Part shown: piece by piece, positions 1 through 12,521 of the stretch
Layout: every line of letters starts with the position of its first letter
Position numbering within the stretch: the stretch's first letter is position 1
Assembly (NCBI RefSeq): GCF_018350175.1
Contig: NC_058372.1
Coordinates: forward strand, 99,202,001-99,266,000
Length of the DNA stretch: 64,000 nucleotides
DNA from: Felis catus
Lineage: Eukaryota
Direction of reading: 5' to 3'
Made by a program: the position numbers and the translations under genes
Notes under the pieces: generated by a model
What the model saw: the letters and a program-made list of their open reading frames with translations, nothing else
Database searches by the model: none
What the model was told of the DNA's origin: nothing

Positions 1-1074
1 TGTCATCCATTCATTCATTTGGGGGAAATCACGAGTTAACGCAGGATTTCTTCAAGAGGCCAGTCTTCAGTGGGGAGGCCTCTACCTAAGCCGCTCATAT
101 ACATACATGATCACCCTGGGTGATGCCCAGAGGGCCTCCTAACCCAGGATTGGTGAGGGAGAGTGGGGGGATGTGTCCTTTCGCTCAGAGGACTTCTGCT
201 CTCGGATCTGTCGGATCATCTTCCGTGTCAGGCTGGCTGTGCCCACAGGGGTAAGTCAGCTCTTGCCAGGCCCCTCTAAAAACAGAGCTCTTGCCACATT
301 CTGCTCCTAAGAATAAGGTGCTTACCTGCCCTATTATTTTCACAATTGGGAGGGGCATTTCTTTGTCTGAAAAGCAAACAAATCATATTCCCGACAGGTT
401 TTTAAAAATTGAGATACACTTCCCATAAAATCCAATCTTTTAAAGTATATAATTCAGTGGCTTTTAGTATGTTCAAAAAGTTGTGCAACTCTCATTACTA
501 ATTCCAGGACATTTTCATCACTCCAAAAAGAAACTCTGCACCCAGGAACCATCATTCTGCCTTCTCTGCTCCCTCCAGTCCCTGACAACCACCACCCTAC
601 TTTCTTTCTCTGCAGAGTTGCCTGTTCTGGACATTTTACATTAACGGAGTCATACAATAGGTGACCTGCTGTGTCCAGCTGCTCTTACTTAGCATTGTGT
701 CCTCAAGTTTTGTCTGTGATGTAGCATGTCTCAGTACTTCGTTCCTTTTTGTGTCTAAATAATCCTTTATGGCTGTATCACATTTTGTTTATCTATTCGT
801 CAGCTGACGGACAGTTGGGACTGTTTCCACTTTTTGGCAATTGGGCATGATGCTGCCACGACCGTCTGTGAGCAAGATTTTGTGTGAACTTGTTTTCCCT
901 TGGGTGTATACCTAGGAGTGGAGTTTCTGGATCATATGACAACTCTGTTTAACATTTGAGGAAGTGCCAAACTGTTTTCCAAAGTGGCTGCCCTATTTTT
1001 ACAGTCCCACCAACAATGTATAAGGGGACCAATTTCCCCACATCCTCAACAACACTTGTCTATTATTGTCTGTC

Positions 1075-1143
1075 TTTTTTTTTTTTTTAAGTGAGAGAGA
1101 GAGAATGCGGGTGAGCAGGGGAGAGGAGCAGTGGGGAGAAAGG

Positions 1144-1179
<36 letters not shown>

Positions 1180-1298
1180 CCTAAGCAGGCTCCACATTGT
1201 GGAGCCTGATTCGGGACTTGATCCCACAACCCTGGGATCATGACCTGAGCTGAAATCAAGAGTTGGACACTCAACTGACTGAGACACCCAGGTGCCCC
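1075..1298 (-). mobile_element. Can-SINE
   Basis: tRNA-derived head, (CT)n, A-tail on the minus strand. Confidence 0.9.
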
Positions 1299-1452
1299 AC
1301 TGTCTTTTTGATTACAGCCATCCTAGTGCGTGTGCAAAGATATCGATCGCATCGTGGTTTTGATTTACATTTTCCTTAATGATTAATGATGTTGAGCATT
1401 TTTATATGTGCTTATTGGCCATTTGCATATATTCTTTAAAGAAACATCTGTT

Positions 1453-1580
1453 GGGGTGCCTGGGTGGCTCAGTCGGTTGAGCATTCGACTTCGGCTCAGG
1501 TCATGATCTCGCGGTCTGTGAGTTCGAGCCCCTCATCGGGTTCTGTGCTGACAGCTCAGAGCCTGGAGCTTGCTTCGGAT

Positions 1581-1616
<36 letters not shown>

Positions 1617-1686
1617 CCTCCCCCGCTCATACTCTGTCTCTCTCTGTCTCAAAAATAAATAAAAACATTAAATTAAAAAAAAAAAG
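1453..1686 (+). mobile_element. Feline Can-SINE
   Basis: GGGGTGCCTGGGTGGCTCAGTCGG head, (CT)n, A-tail, TSD AAAGAAA(C/T)ATCT. Confidence 0.92.
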
Positions 1687-1999
1687 AAATATCTATCCAA
1701 ATCCTTTGCCCATTCTTAAACTGGGTTATTTGTCTTTTTATGTTTGAGTTGTAAGAGTTCTTTATATCTTTGGAATACTGGACTCCTATTAGATACATGA
1801 TTTACAAATATTTTCTCCCTGACAGATAATTTTAAGGCAAAAGAATATAGTCCTGAGATTCCAACCAACACGTTTGCCTGGTAGAACAGAGGATATGTAA
1901 GCAAATAAAAACTGTCCTCTGTACACGCTCAGCCTTCTCTGCTCCCCCCACACACTAGTAGGGATGGTTGGTCCTACATGTGCATGTGCTTCAATCTCA

Positions 2000-3280
2000 T
2001 CTGAGCCCTGAATGCCATTTCAAACCTTTTACCCGTCCCCAATCAACTTCCTCGACCACCCACAATGTCTCCACCACCCATCTCCTGCAGAGAACAGAGA
2101 CCATCAAAGAGAAAGCCCCACAACCTCCTATTCTGCCCACTTGTCAACACAACCTGAATCTGTGTTCAGCTTTCTCTTCTTCTCTCCTCTCCAGGGACAC
2201 ACACACTTTTCTCTCCAAATACCATTTTGCGATCTTTGAATTGGATCATGCCTCTTCCCACCTCCGCTGAGAACTTATTCTAACAATTACTTTTTTTTTT
2301 CCTCTATGTTTCTCTCTCCTCTGACTCTTCCCTTTCAGTTTAAGTCTTTTCCAACCAAAGACAAGAACCGCTGGATCCCATCACTCCTTCAGCCTCATTG
2401 CACCTTGCATTTCCTCCACTGATGGCATCTCTGAAAGGAGTATCTACTTCCTCAACTCCTACATTTCCTTAGCCATGACCACCAGGTTGCAACTGGCTTT
2501 TCTGAGATTGCTCTCCAGTCACCAGGGACCTCCAGGTTGCCTCTCTCAGTCCTTATTTGCTTACCTTCTCTAGTGCCACTGGCCACACCCGCTCCTGCGG
2601 GACCGCTCTCCATCAGCTTGTAGAACCCCACCCTCCAGGTTTGGCTCATATCACCCTGGTGGCCTACCTGTCTCCATGCTGGCATTTCCTCAAGTCCACC
2701 AAATTATGTCGGTTTCGAAATGCCTTCTCAGGCGCCTGGGTGGCTCAGTCATTAAGCATCTGACTTCAGCTCAGATCATGATTCAGTCTGGATTGGGTGA
2801 GCTCGTGCCCCGCTTCAGGTGAGCACGAGCCCCGCTTCGGGTGAACCCTGCTTTGGATGGGTCCTGCTTCTCTCTCTCTCTCTCCTCCTCTGCCCCTCCT
2901 GGGCTTTTGTCTCTCTCTCTGCCCCTTGCTCATTTGTGCTCTCTTTCTCTCTCTCTCTCAAAATACATACATACATACATACATACCTCCTCAATATGTG
3001 TCCATCCTTCCCTCTCTGCCCCTCCTGCTTTCATTCAGACCTTCACCATTTTCTACAGCCCTCATCCTCAGGGCCTCCCACCCAGTCCTCCTAACATCAC
3101 ACCAGTGTACCCTCCACACTGCCCAGAAATAAAACAATCCCAGATGCGGTTTTGCATCACTTGGTTTATCCATCCTATGCTTCTGCCAAACTGACCTCCT
3201 CACAATTCCCTGAATGTGCCAGGCTCTCTCAAGACATGAAGCTGTTCCTTCTCCCTTAGAAAGCCTTCCCCATTGTGTGT
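2000..3280. mobile_element. Degenerate L2 fragments (interrupted by a SINE)
   Basis: Pyrimidine-rich L2-like phrases; highly diverged. Confidence 0.5.
2730..2987 (+). mobile_element. Variant feline SINE with internal tandem repeats and (ATAC)n tail
   Basis: Can-SINE head followed by repeated GGTGAGC.CG.GCCCCGCTTC units. Confidence 0.8.
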
Positions 3281-3296
3281 TTAAAAGCCAGGTCAA

Positions 3297-3508
3297 GGGG
3301 CACCTGGGTGGCTCAGTCAGTTAAGCGGCCGACTTCGGCTCAGGTCATGATCTCGCGGTCCATGAGTTCGAGTCCCATGTCAGGCTCTGTGCTGACAGCT
3401 CAGAGCCTGGAGCCTGTTTCAGATTCCCCCCCTCTCTCTGACCCTCCCCCATTCATGCTCTGTCTCTCTCTGTCTCAAAAATAAATAAACGTTAAAAAAA
3501 AAAAAAAA
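3297..3508 (+). mobile_element. Feline Can-SINE
   Basis: Full length; TSD AAAAGCCAGGTCAA. Confidence 0.93.
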
Positions 3509-3934
3509 GCCAGGTCAAAGGTGCAGCCTTTTCTGACCATCCTCTGGGGTCTCGTGGCAGAAAGGAAGAGACAATACAATATAGTAGTTAGGTACCCGGG
3601 CCTGGGTTCAAATCCCAGCTCTGCTGCTTTACTTTCCAGGTTGACCTTCTGTCCTTCCTTTTCCGCACTGGTATTTAAAATAGGGCCAATGATGTTTACC
3701 TCACAGACTTTTTTAAGTAATTACATGAGATAATACACAAGACATTTAAAATAGCTCATAGAAAATGGTCCATAAAAGTGAGCTATTTTTTTTCCATTAT
3801 TTTAGAGAGAGAGAGCAAGTAGGGCAGAGAGACAGAGAGAATCCCAACCAGGCAGCACAGAGCCCAAGGTGGAGCTCGACCCCACCACCCCAGGATCATG
3901 ACCTGAGCCAAACCAAGAGTCAGATGCTCAACTC

Positions 3935-5030
3935 TTGTGGTTTTGATTCACATTTAGTGCTGTCGAGCATCTTTCCATGTGTCTGTTGGCCATCGGCCTG
4001 TCTTTGGGAAAACATCTATTCATATCTTCTGTTCATTTTTTAATCAGATTGGATGGTTTTTTCTGGTGTTGAGTTGCCTAAGTTCTTTATACCCTTTGGA
4101 TATTATTCCCTCATTGGATATATCATTAGCAAATATCTTCTTCCTTTTGTTGATGGTTTCCTTTGTTGCACAAAAGCTCTTTATTTTAGTGCAGTCCTCA
4201 TAGTTTATTTTTGCTTTTTTTCCCTTGCCTGAGGAGACATTTCTAGAAAAATGTTGCTTAGGCCAATGTCAATGAGATTGCTGTCAATGTGTTCTTCTAG
4301 GAGTTTTATGGTTTTAGGTCTCATATTCAGGTTTTTAATCCATTTTGAGTTTATTTTTGTGTACGATGTAAGAAAATGGTCCAGTTCCATTCTTGTCCAG
4401 TTTTCCCAGCACGATTTATTGAATAGATTGTCTTTTACCCATTTTAGATTCTTGCCTCCTTTGTTATAGATTAATTGACCATATAAGTGTGACTTTATTT
4501 CTGGGCTCTGTAATGGCATTTTTTAATTTTTATATTTGTTACTAGTAGATATAAACATAATTAATTTATATATATTGATAACCTATCCAGCAACATCATT
4601 AAATGCTCATTAATTCCAGTAATTCTTCTGCTGGATTTTCTTCATACAGAATTGTAATGGCTAAAAATAATGACTTTTTTGTCTTCTTTCTTTCCATTTA
4701 TGCCTTCCCCCTCCTCCCACCCCTGCTTCTCCCTCTCTCTTTTATTTCTCTGTTTTGCTTTACAGTAATAGGATATCCAGTATAATACTAAGCAGAAGCA
4801 GTGTTTCATATATCCTTATGTATTCCTGATTCCAAGGGAAAGCGTTCAATATTTCACAGTTAAGATGTTCATGGTAAATCTCTTTGTAGACACCTGTAAT
4901 TGGGTTAAGGACATTCTTCCACTTTTAGTTTTTATCATGAATGGATTTTGAAATTTATCAAATGTTTTTCCTGTATTCATTAAGTGGATAATATGAATTT
5001 TGTCTTCTAATCTATTAATGTGGTAAATTC
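3935..5030 (-). mobile_element. L1 ORF2 fragments
   Basis: ORF 4205-4519 translates L1 ORF2-like LYGQLIYNKGGK...WENW...TKINSKWIK. Confidence 0.85.
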
Positions 5031-5040
5031 CACTAATTAT

Positions 5041-5576
5041 TTTTTTTTAATGTTTATTTATGAGAGAGAGACAGAGAGAGCATGCAAGCAGGGGACGGGC
5101 AGAGAGACAGGGAGAGAGAGAATCCCAAGCAGGATACCGAGCTTGATCCCACAAACCGTGAGATCGTGACCTGAGTGGAAATCAAGAGTCAGAGGCTTAA
5201 CCGACTAAGCCACCTAGGCGTCCCTGATAAGTTTCCAATATTAAGTATATTTCAGACCTTATCCCTCTGCCTTCATGAATTTTAATTTCTCATAGTTTCC
5301 AACTGTCTCTCTTATGTTTACTATTGATAATTTTTTCTGAGCTCTTATCAATTTTACTCATTCTTTCTCTAGTTATATGTAATAGGTTGTTAAAACTGCC
5401 CAGGAATCTGTCACTTATTATGGTTTTTTTTCTAGATGTTCTAGGTAGTTATTCTTCAATTTTATGTCATTTTAAAATACAATTTCCAGGGACACCTGGC
5501 TGGTTTAGGCAGTGGAACATGCAACTCTTGATCTTGGGGTCATGAGTTTGAGCTCCATGTTGGGCAAAGAGCTTAC

Positions 5577-5616
<40 letters not shown>

Positions 5617-5760
5617 AATACAGAGCCCGTGTCAAGCTCTGTGCTGACAGTGTAGAGCCTACTTAGGATTCTCTCTCTCCTCTCTCTCACTGCCCCTCTC
5701 CCACTCGTGTGTGCATGCTCGCTCTCTAAATAAATAAATATTTAAAAAACAAAAATAAAA
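5041..5760. mobile_element. SINE cluster: minus SINE 5041-5225; plus-strand composite SINE 5489-5760 with (AAAT)n
   Basis: Can-SINE heads and tails; outer TSD AAAATACAATTTCCAG around the composite. Confidence 0.8.
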
Positions 5761-6007
5761 TACAATTTCCAGATTTTTACTAATAATTTCAGGCTTGTCT
5801 TCTATTTGTTTAACAGCAGTAAGCATAGTGAATTTTTATCTGCGCCTGACAATTCCAGTATTTCAATTCTTCTTTGTGCAGAAGGTCTGCTTTGGGGGCC
5901 TATTGCTTCTACTGACTCTCACTCATGGTGCCTTTCAATCATGTTTTTGGCTATGACGGACCTAATTTCCACATTCCAGGAAGATGGTTATGGAACAGAA
6001 GATTCTT

Positions 6008-6027
6008 TTTTAATGCTTTTTTTAAGT

Positions 6028-6062
<35 letters not shown>

Positions 6063-6063
6063 T

Positions 6064-6101
<38 letters not shown>

Positions 6102-6492
6102 AGCAGAGGAGGGGCAGAGAGAGAAGGGGACAGAGGATCTGAAGCAGGCTCTGTGCTATCAGCAGAGAACCCAATGTGGGGCTCGAACTTGCAAACTGCA
6201 AGATCATGATCTAAGCTGAAGTCAGACACTTAACTGAGCCACCCAGGTGCCCTGGAATAGAAGATTCTTTTTTTAAATTTTTTTTTTAATGTTTATTTAT
6301 TTTTGACAGAGAGAGAGAAAGACAGAGCATGAACGGGGGAGGGGCAGAGAGAGAGGGAGACAGAATCTGAAGCAGGCTCCAGGCTCTGTGCTGTCAGCAC
6401 AGAGCCCAATGCAGGGCTCAAACCCACAGACCACGAGATCATGACCTGAGCTGAAGTCGGATGCTCAATCGACTGAGCCACCCAGGTGCCCC
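6008..6492 (-). mobile_element. Two tandem feline SINEs sharing one target site
   Basis: TGGAA(C/T)AGAAGATTCTT at 5991, 6253 and 6493. Confidence 0.9.
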
Positions 6493-7099
6493 TGGAATAG
6501 AAGATTCTTAAATATAGTAACATAACTTCATCCACCAAATAATAACTAGACTCCACTTCTGCCTTAATTTCATTATTCAAATGCCACCTCCTGGAATAGG
6601 GTTAGGGGTGGGAAGACCTAGGCACTCCTCCCTTTAGGCTTCCATAGATTTTGCCTCCATTTGTTCTCACTTCTCCTATGGCCCTGGCCACAACAAAGCC
6701 CTATCATTTTATTTTGGACATGTTTGTCAGTCCCATTAGACTAGCACATCCCAAGGGTGGGATTTGGACCTAAGCTGTTGCCCTCAGGTTCCCAGGGCCC
6801 AGCATATGGCTGTAAAACTCACAACTATGGGGACCAGAGAAGTTCATTTCTGTGCTTTAGCACAGGTACTTTAAGTACAGTCCTTGTCTACACAGAGACG
6901 AACTTTGCCTTATTTAAGGACTATGTATTCATTTTAATGTGTGTGTGTGTTTTTAAGAAAATATGGCTGGTGTATCAAACCCACAGTTTCATAGATATTA
7001 TTGCTTAGAACCAGGGTACACTTCTTAAAAAACAAGTTTATTTTTAGAAAATTAGATAGATAGATAGATACAGATATATATATGTTGATATTCAAATAG

Positions 7100-7320
7100 T
7101 AACCAGTATTTATTGAGTGGTTATATGTCCAAGGTACTTTTTTTTACTATTTTTGCAATAACCCTTTGAAGTGAGTGCTATTATTTTCATCACCAGCTTA
7201 TAGACTACTTTCTGAAACACAGGTTATGCAATTTGCCTCGGGCTCATGGCTAATAAGTGGTAGAACCAGGGTCTGAACCCAGGCAGACTGTCTTCAAAAC
7301 CCATCCTCTAACACTATGGT
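7100..7320. mobile_element. MIR
   Basis: MIR core-like sequence, diverged. Confidence 0.6.
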
Positions 7321-7476
7321 TTTTTGTGTGCCTCTAAATAACAGATGAGCAAAGAGGCAGGTATTTAGATAGGAGGTATGAAAATGACTAAAGCTTTGAA
7401 TGCAGTTCCTTGACCTTTAAGAAAACCAGATAGGAAAATGAACCCTGATGCAACAAACTTAAATATTTCATTTTAC

Positions 7477-7956
7477 CTGTCAGAAAGGTGGCCAAAAATC
7501 ATCGCTCCCAGCAGGACTCCCACCATAAACACAGGCTGGATCACCTTTGCGAACCATTCTCGGTTACAGACCAGATCCCACTGAGTCACCACGGTGCTGT
7601 CCCACTTGCTCTTGTCATAGACATAGCCATCCATGCAAGGAAAGCTACTCTTACGGCCACTGTAATCATAGTTCAAGCCAGATTTGTCATCCCTCCGGAA
7701 TCTGTGACAACTTGTGAGCTCCCAGACCTCACCGTTCTGTAGCTGCACTATAATGTGATCTTCGTGGCCTGTGAAAAACAGGATCCAGATGTCCTCCAAC
7801 CTCCAACTAGAGATATTGTGGAAAAGAACCCGACTCACGTTGCCTGGGGGCCTGCAGGTATGGTAGGGGGACACTGTCATGAACACAGAAGCCAAGTAGT
7901 GGATGCCACAAGAGATGTTCTGGAAAGCACATATAAAATAGAGGAATATCTGAAAT
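7477..7956 (-). CDS. SLC22A16: SLC22A16 coding exon 2 (480 nt; TM1, large extracellular loop, TM2)
   Basis: Translates FQIFLYFICAFQNISCGIHYLASVF...STVVTQWDLVCNREW...GVLLGAMIFGHLSDR, with SLC22 signatures (STxVTxWxLVC, GxLSDR); acceptor TCTTCTCTTTGCAG| at 7957 and donor AG|GTAAAA at 7476. Confidence 0.97.
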
Positions 7957-8168
7957 CTGCAAAGAGAAGAAAAGCCAGTTATTATATCCAACCTACAGGC
8001 TAAAAAAGACTATAAGCAAATATGAAGGGTGTTCATCATGGTTAGCTTAATATATATATAGATGAATAAATACAGAAATAATTATAGATATGTAATATAT
8101 ACATATACATAACATGTTAGTATATACACATAGCTCTGTCTGGTAGGAGGGCCTAGAAGCAATGACAC

Positions 8169-8686
8169 TGAGACAGGGAAACTAAAGGGACTGCTTTTTT
8201 TGCTCCTTTTACTGTTTCTATTCTTGCTGGGACCTATACCCCCACCTTACACATGCCTTATAGAACAGGTAATATATGTCCTCCTTGTAAAGGCCAGGGA
8301 GTTAATGATTTCTTTGGAGTCTTCCAGCATGGGAGATAGCATCAAGGGAGTGACCAGATAGGGCCAAGACCACTAACCCATCAAGACACCTGGTGCCAGG
8401 TCGTAAGTGACCTATGCAGAACACCTGAACACTCGTCTTTGGTCCTGGATGCTTGAGAAGACACGTGCACCAGACCACTGTCCCCAATAAAAACACCAGA
8501 CTCCAAGCAAATATGGAACTCAGTCTCCTTTCCTTTCTGAGTCTCCCAGATGCTCTGTCTCTATCTGCTCTCTCTAGGTCTTCGATAAACTCTGTCCTCA
8601 CTTCCTCTTGGCTCACATTTGATTTGTATTCTCCACGAAGCCAAGGACCCTCTTGGCTGGTCCTCAAACCCAGCCAGCCTGCATCA
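8169..8686 (+). mobile_element. Solo LTR (probably ERV1-class), copy 1
   Basis: TG...CA termini, near-4-bp TSD (ACAC/ACAT), interrupts an L1 3' UTR, homologous to 9260-9827. Confidence 0.75.
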
Positions 8687-9259
8687 ACATCTCAATAGCA
8701 ACAAGCACACCCAGTGCCCAGATCTTGTTTTCTAAATACCATCCTTCAATTAAAGAAACCAGGAAAAATGGCTCATTTAAGACCAAGTCAGGGAAAACGA
8801 AAAACATGCCTAATGCTTTAGGTATGCTTGCGGTATCAGAAAGTAAGGAAGCGCTCAAAATATAAAATGATGGGGGCATGTTAAAGGGACACAGGAACCA
8901 ATCTGAAAAACCTCCCAAATGGGCAAGTTTGAAACAATTTGAGCAACAAAATAAATAGCATGGTATATCCCAAAGTATAAAATAAATATACAAGTCTATA
9001 CTGTGATGTTTAATTTTATGTCAACATGACTGGGCTGGTAAACATGATTTCTGGATGTGTCTGTGAGGTTGTCTCTGGATGAGATTAGCATTTGAATCGG
9101 TAGACTGAGTGAAGAAGAGGGCCCTCATCAGTGGGCGGGCATCATCCAATCCAGGGAGGACCTGAATAAGAACAAAAGGTGGAGGCAGGGCAAATTTGAT
9201 CCATCTACTCCTACTCTTAGACATTGGCATCCCTGGTTCTCAGGCTTTTGGACTCAGGC

Positions 9260-9827
9260 TGAAACAGGGAAGTTGAAGACTCCATAAAAACCTGTCTTTT
9301 GCTCCTTTTCCTGCTTCTATTCTTGCTAGCACCTGCACCCCCACTTTACACATGCCTCAGAATGCAAACAGTGTATGTCCTCCTTGTAAGGTACGAGGAG
9401 TTAATGATTTCTTCAGAATGGATAACATCTAAGGAAGGACCAGGTGAGAATGACCAATGAAGCTGTCATATGCTTATTCCAGACCACCAGCACTAGACAT
9501 CTCGACGCCAAGGCCCCCTGGCTCCAAGCAATAGCGCTTGGGTCCTCATCTTTGTTCTGAGTCCTGGATGCCTGAGAGGACACATACACCAGGTCACGAT
9601 CCTCAGTAAAACCCCCCAGACCCCGACCAAATACGAGACTTCCTCCTTTCCTTTCTGAGTCTTCCAGAAGCTCTGTCTGTACCTGCAGTCTCTCTATACT
9701 TTGAATAAACTGTGCTTTCACCTCCTGCTGGCTCGAGTTTGATTTCTATCCTGTGCACAGACACGGACCTTCCTGGCTGATCCTGTGGGACCCCTTCTGG
9801 GTCCTCGAACCCAGCCTGCCAGCATCT
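9260..9827 (+). mobile_element. Solo LTR of the same family, copy 2, inserted in the MLT2 5' LTR
   Basis: Starts TGAAACAGGGAA, collinear with copy 1, AATAAA at ~9705, MLT2 sequence resumes on both sides. Confidence 0.75.
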
Positions 9828-10559
9828 GAACCAGGACTTACATCATCAGCCCCCCAATTTTCAGGCCTTCAGACTTAGACCTCACAAATACGCCACCAGC
9901 TTTCCTGGATCTCCAGCCTACAGACAGCACATTGTGGGACTTGACTGTCTCCATAACTGTGTGAACAGATTCTTACAATAAATCTCTTATCTACATCTCT
10001 ATGTATGTCCTATTTGTTCTGTTTTTCTAGGAGATCTTGATGAATACAGGTTTTGGTACTGAAAGTAGTTCTAAAGGAACAGAATTTTAAGAATGAGCTT
10101 TCTGAATTGGCACTGGGGTTTCTGGAATTGGTTGTCTAATCTGATTAGATTGAAAAGCACTAATGGCTATTTCCAGCAGTAGAGAACACTGATAATCCAT
10201 GGTGTGCACTGTTTAGAGAAACACACAAAATATCTGTGTTGGACGCTCATAATCAACCACTTAGAAGAAGCAAGGGGCTAAGTGACTCTGTATTTGAAAA
10301 TTTCAACCATTTTTTGAAAACTAAAGAAATGTAATGGCATTGGTTGGTTGCTCCTATTGTCGTTGGATAAATTAATGAAAGAAAACAGATGAGCTCAAGG
10401 AATTTGAATCCCCAGCTCAAGCAATGCCTAAACAACCTAAGAATTTCTAAGGTGTATCTTGAAAGAGATCCTTATCTCCTGTAGCGACAGGCCCGAAAAT
10501 CAAACATAGAACCTCATCCTGGGAGCAGCTGAATGACAATGTCTAATTGGCCTCTTTGC

Positions 10560-10916
10560 ATATACCCCAAATCAGTGTCCAATATATATGGTGCTATTTC
10601 TCAAATAGTCAGCACTCACGGGTCCAGGAATCGAGGCGTGGAAATGAGGGCTGTAGCACTCACTTTTACACCTAGCGATCCCCTAACAAAATTTTTACTT
10701 CCTGTTCCCATAATCTTACGCTCTGCTAGCCTCAAGATCTTAGTTCCAGAGGGAAGAATACTGCCACCAGGGGACACAACATCGATTCCACTGACCTGGA
10801 AATAAAGACTGTTGCCTGACCACTTTGGGTTCCTCAGGCGTCTGAATCAAAAGGCAAAGCAGGGAGTTACAGTGTTGGCTGGGGTGAAGGATCCTGAATA
10901 TCAAGGGGAAATTGAC
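10560..10916 (+). pseudogene. ERV-L integrase C-terminus plus dUTPase remnant
   Basis: ...HGSRNRGVEM...PSDPL...LVPEGRILPPGDTTSIPLTWK*RLLPDHFG...VLAGVKDPEYQGEI; the last part resembles dUTPase motif 3; in-frame stop at 10803-10805. Confidence 0.8.
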
Positions 10917-11249
10917 ACCACGATGGAGGTAAGAAAGAGTATGTCTGCAATACAGGAGATTCCTTAGGGTATCTCCTTAGCATTACCATGCCCTGTGAAT
11001 TAGGTCAATGGGAAATTACAACAACCCAATCCAGGCAGGAATATTAATGGCCCAGACCCTTCAAGGATTAAAGGGTGGATCACTTTATCAGGTAAAGGTC
11101 CACAGGCAACTGAGGTTCTTGCTTAAGGCAAAGGGAATAGAGAATGGGTCCTGAAAAGAAGGTAGTTATACTAAATACCACCTACAACCACATGACCAGT
11201 TATAGAAACAAGGGCTGTAATTATCATGAGTATTTCTTCTCTAAAAAAA

Positions 11250-11446
11250 AAAAAGGAAGTTTATTTTTTGAGAGAGAGTGTGTGTGCCAGTGGGGGAGGG
11301 GAGGATAGAGAGGGAGAAAGAATCTCAAGCAGGCTCTGCACTGTCAGCACAGAGCCCAGTGTGGGGCTCAAACCCATGACCGCAAGATCACAACCCAAGC
11401 CGATGTCAAGAGTCTGACATTTCACCAACTGAGCCACCAGGCGCTG
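11250..11446 (-). mobile_element. Can-SINE inside ERV-L internal region
   Basis: TSD GAGTATTTCTTCT on both sides. Confidence 0.88.
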
Positions 11447-12521
11447 CGAGTATTTCTTCTTTATTTTGTTATGAATGCTTGTGTATATATAGACATATAT
11501 TAAGCAAGTATCTTTGTTTTCTTCCTTATTGTCTCCTCATACAACATAAGATGTATTGACATATAAGTACTTAAATAGTTTTACACCATAATATTTAAGT
11601 TACGGGATATCAAAAAAAGAGTAAACATCATCCAAGGACTTTATGTCCCCTTCTGGGAAAGGGATTAGTGTATTTAGTTGTATGTTGGATCGTTGTATCA
11701 TGTTGGGTGGAATTAGGACCTTGTTATTGTCTTTATTTAGAGATCAAATTTGGTGTAAAGAGATCCATATGGGTTGCAAGTTGACAAGGGGTGAACCTAT
11801 GATGATTAATTTTATGAATCAACTTGACTGGGCCAAGGGGATGCCCAGACAGTTGGCAAAACATTATATCTGTGTGCGTCTGTGAGGGATCTCCAGACGA
11901 GACTGGCATTTGAACCTGTAAACTGAGTAAACATCATCTTCACCAATGTGGGTGGGCATCACCCAACCTGGTGAGAACCTGAAGAGAACAAAAAAGCCAA
12001 GGGAGTACTAATTCACTTTCTTTGCATGGACTGAGACCTCCATATTATCATGCCCTCAGACATCTCGTGCCCCCGTGCTCCTGGTTCAGACTCTGCCTGG
12101 GGCTTACACCATCAACCCTGTGGTTCTCAGACCTTGGGACTGGGACTGAATTGCACCATTGGTTTTCCCAGGTCTCTGGCTTGCACACAGCACACTGTGG
12201 GACTTCTCACTTCTATAATTGTGTGAGCCAATTCCTATAATAGATCTCCTCTTATCTACATCTATGTCTCTCTATTTATATATCCTATCAATTGTGTTTT
12301 TCTGGAGAATCCTGATAAATATACCACTTGGCATAAATAAATGGTTGAACAAACAAGTACAAAGGAGAGATGAAACTAATCTTTCTTCTAGTAGAATTCC
12401 AAGTACTATCTGCAGATATTCCCCCTCTACAGGAGATGGAGTTTCATTCCTACCCTTTACTCCTGAAGGGCAGGCTAAGACACAGTGACTCCTTTCCAAA
12501 GAATATGATAGGAAAAAAAGG

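Larger units (their letters stand above)
398..1830 (-). mobile_element. L1MB-like 3' end with two SINE insertions
   Basis: Typical L1 3' UTR/ORF2-end sequence (AACTGCCAAACTGTTTTCCAAAGTGGCTG-like). Confidence 0.8.
9002..12323 (+). mobile_element. Internally deleted ERV-L provirus with MLT2-type LTRs (5' LTR ~9002-10048, internal ~10049-11797, 3' LTR ~11798-12323)
   Basis: Two homologous LTRs (T[G/A]TGATG.TTAATTTTATG..TCAAC.TGACTGGGC); gag-like start GFWNWLSNLIR at ~10117; integrase tail and dUTPase relic; purine tract before the 3' LTR. Confidence 0.85.

Noticed and set aside
1..7476. SLC22A16 exon 3 (expected to begin xGRR...)
   Set aside because: No matching reading frame with splice sites found; presumably beyond the left edge
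7957..7991. N-terminus MDIITGFSSLC of the 172-aa ORF
   Set aside because: It is the intronic pyrimidine tract and acceptor; the real start is in exon 1
8169..9827. A single provirus bounded by the two similar LTRs
   Set aside because: Intervening DNA is host L1 and MLT2 sequence; no PBS, internal genes or shared outer TSD seen
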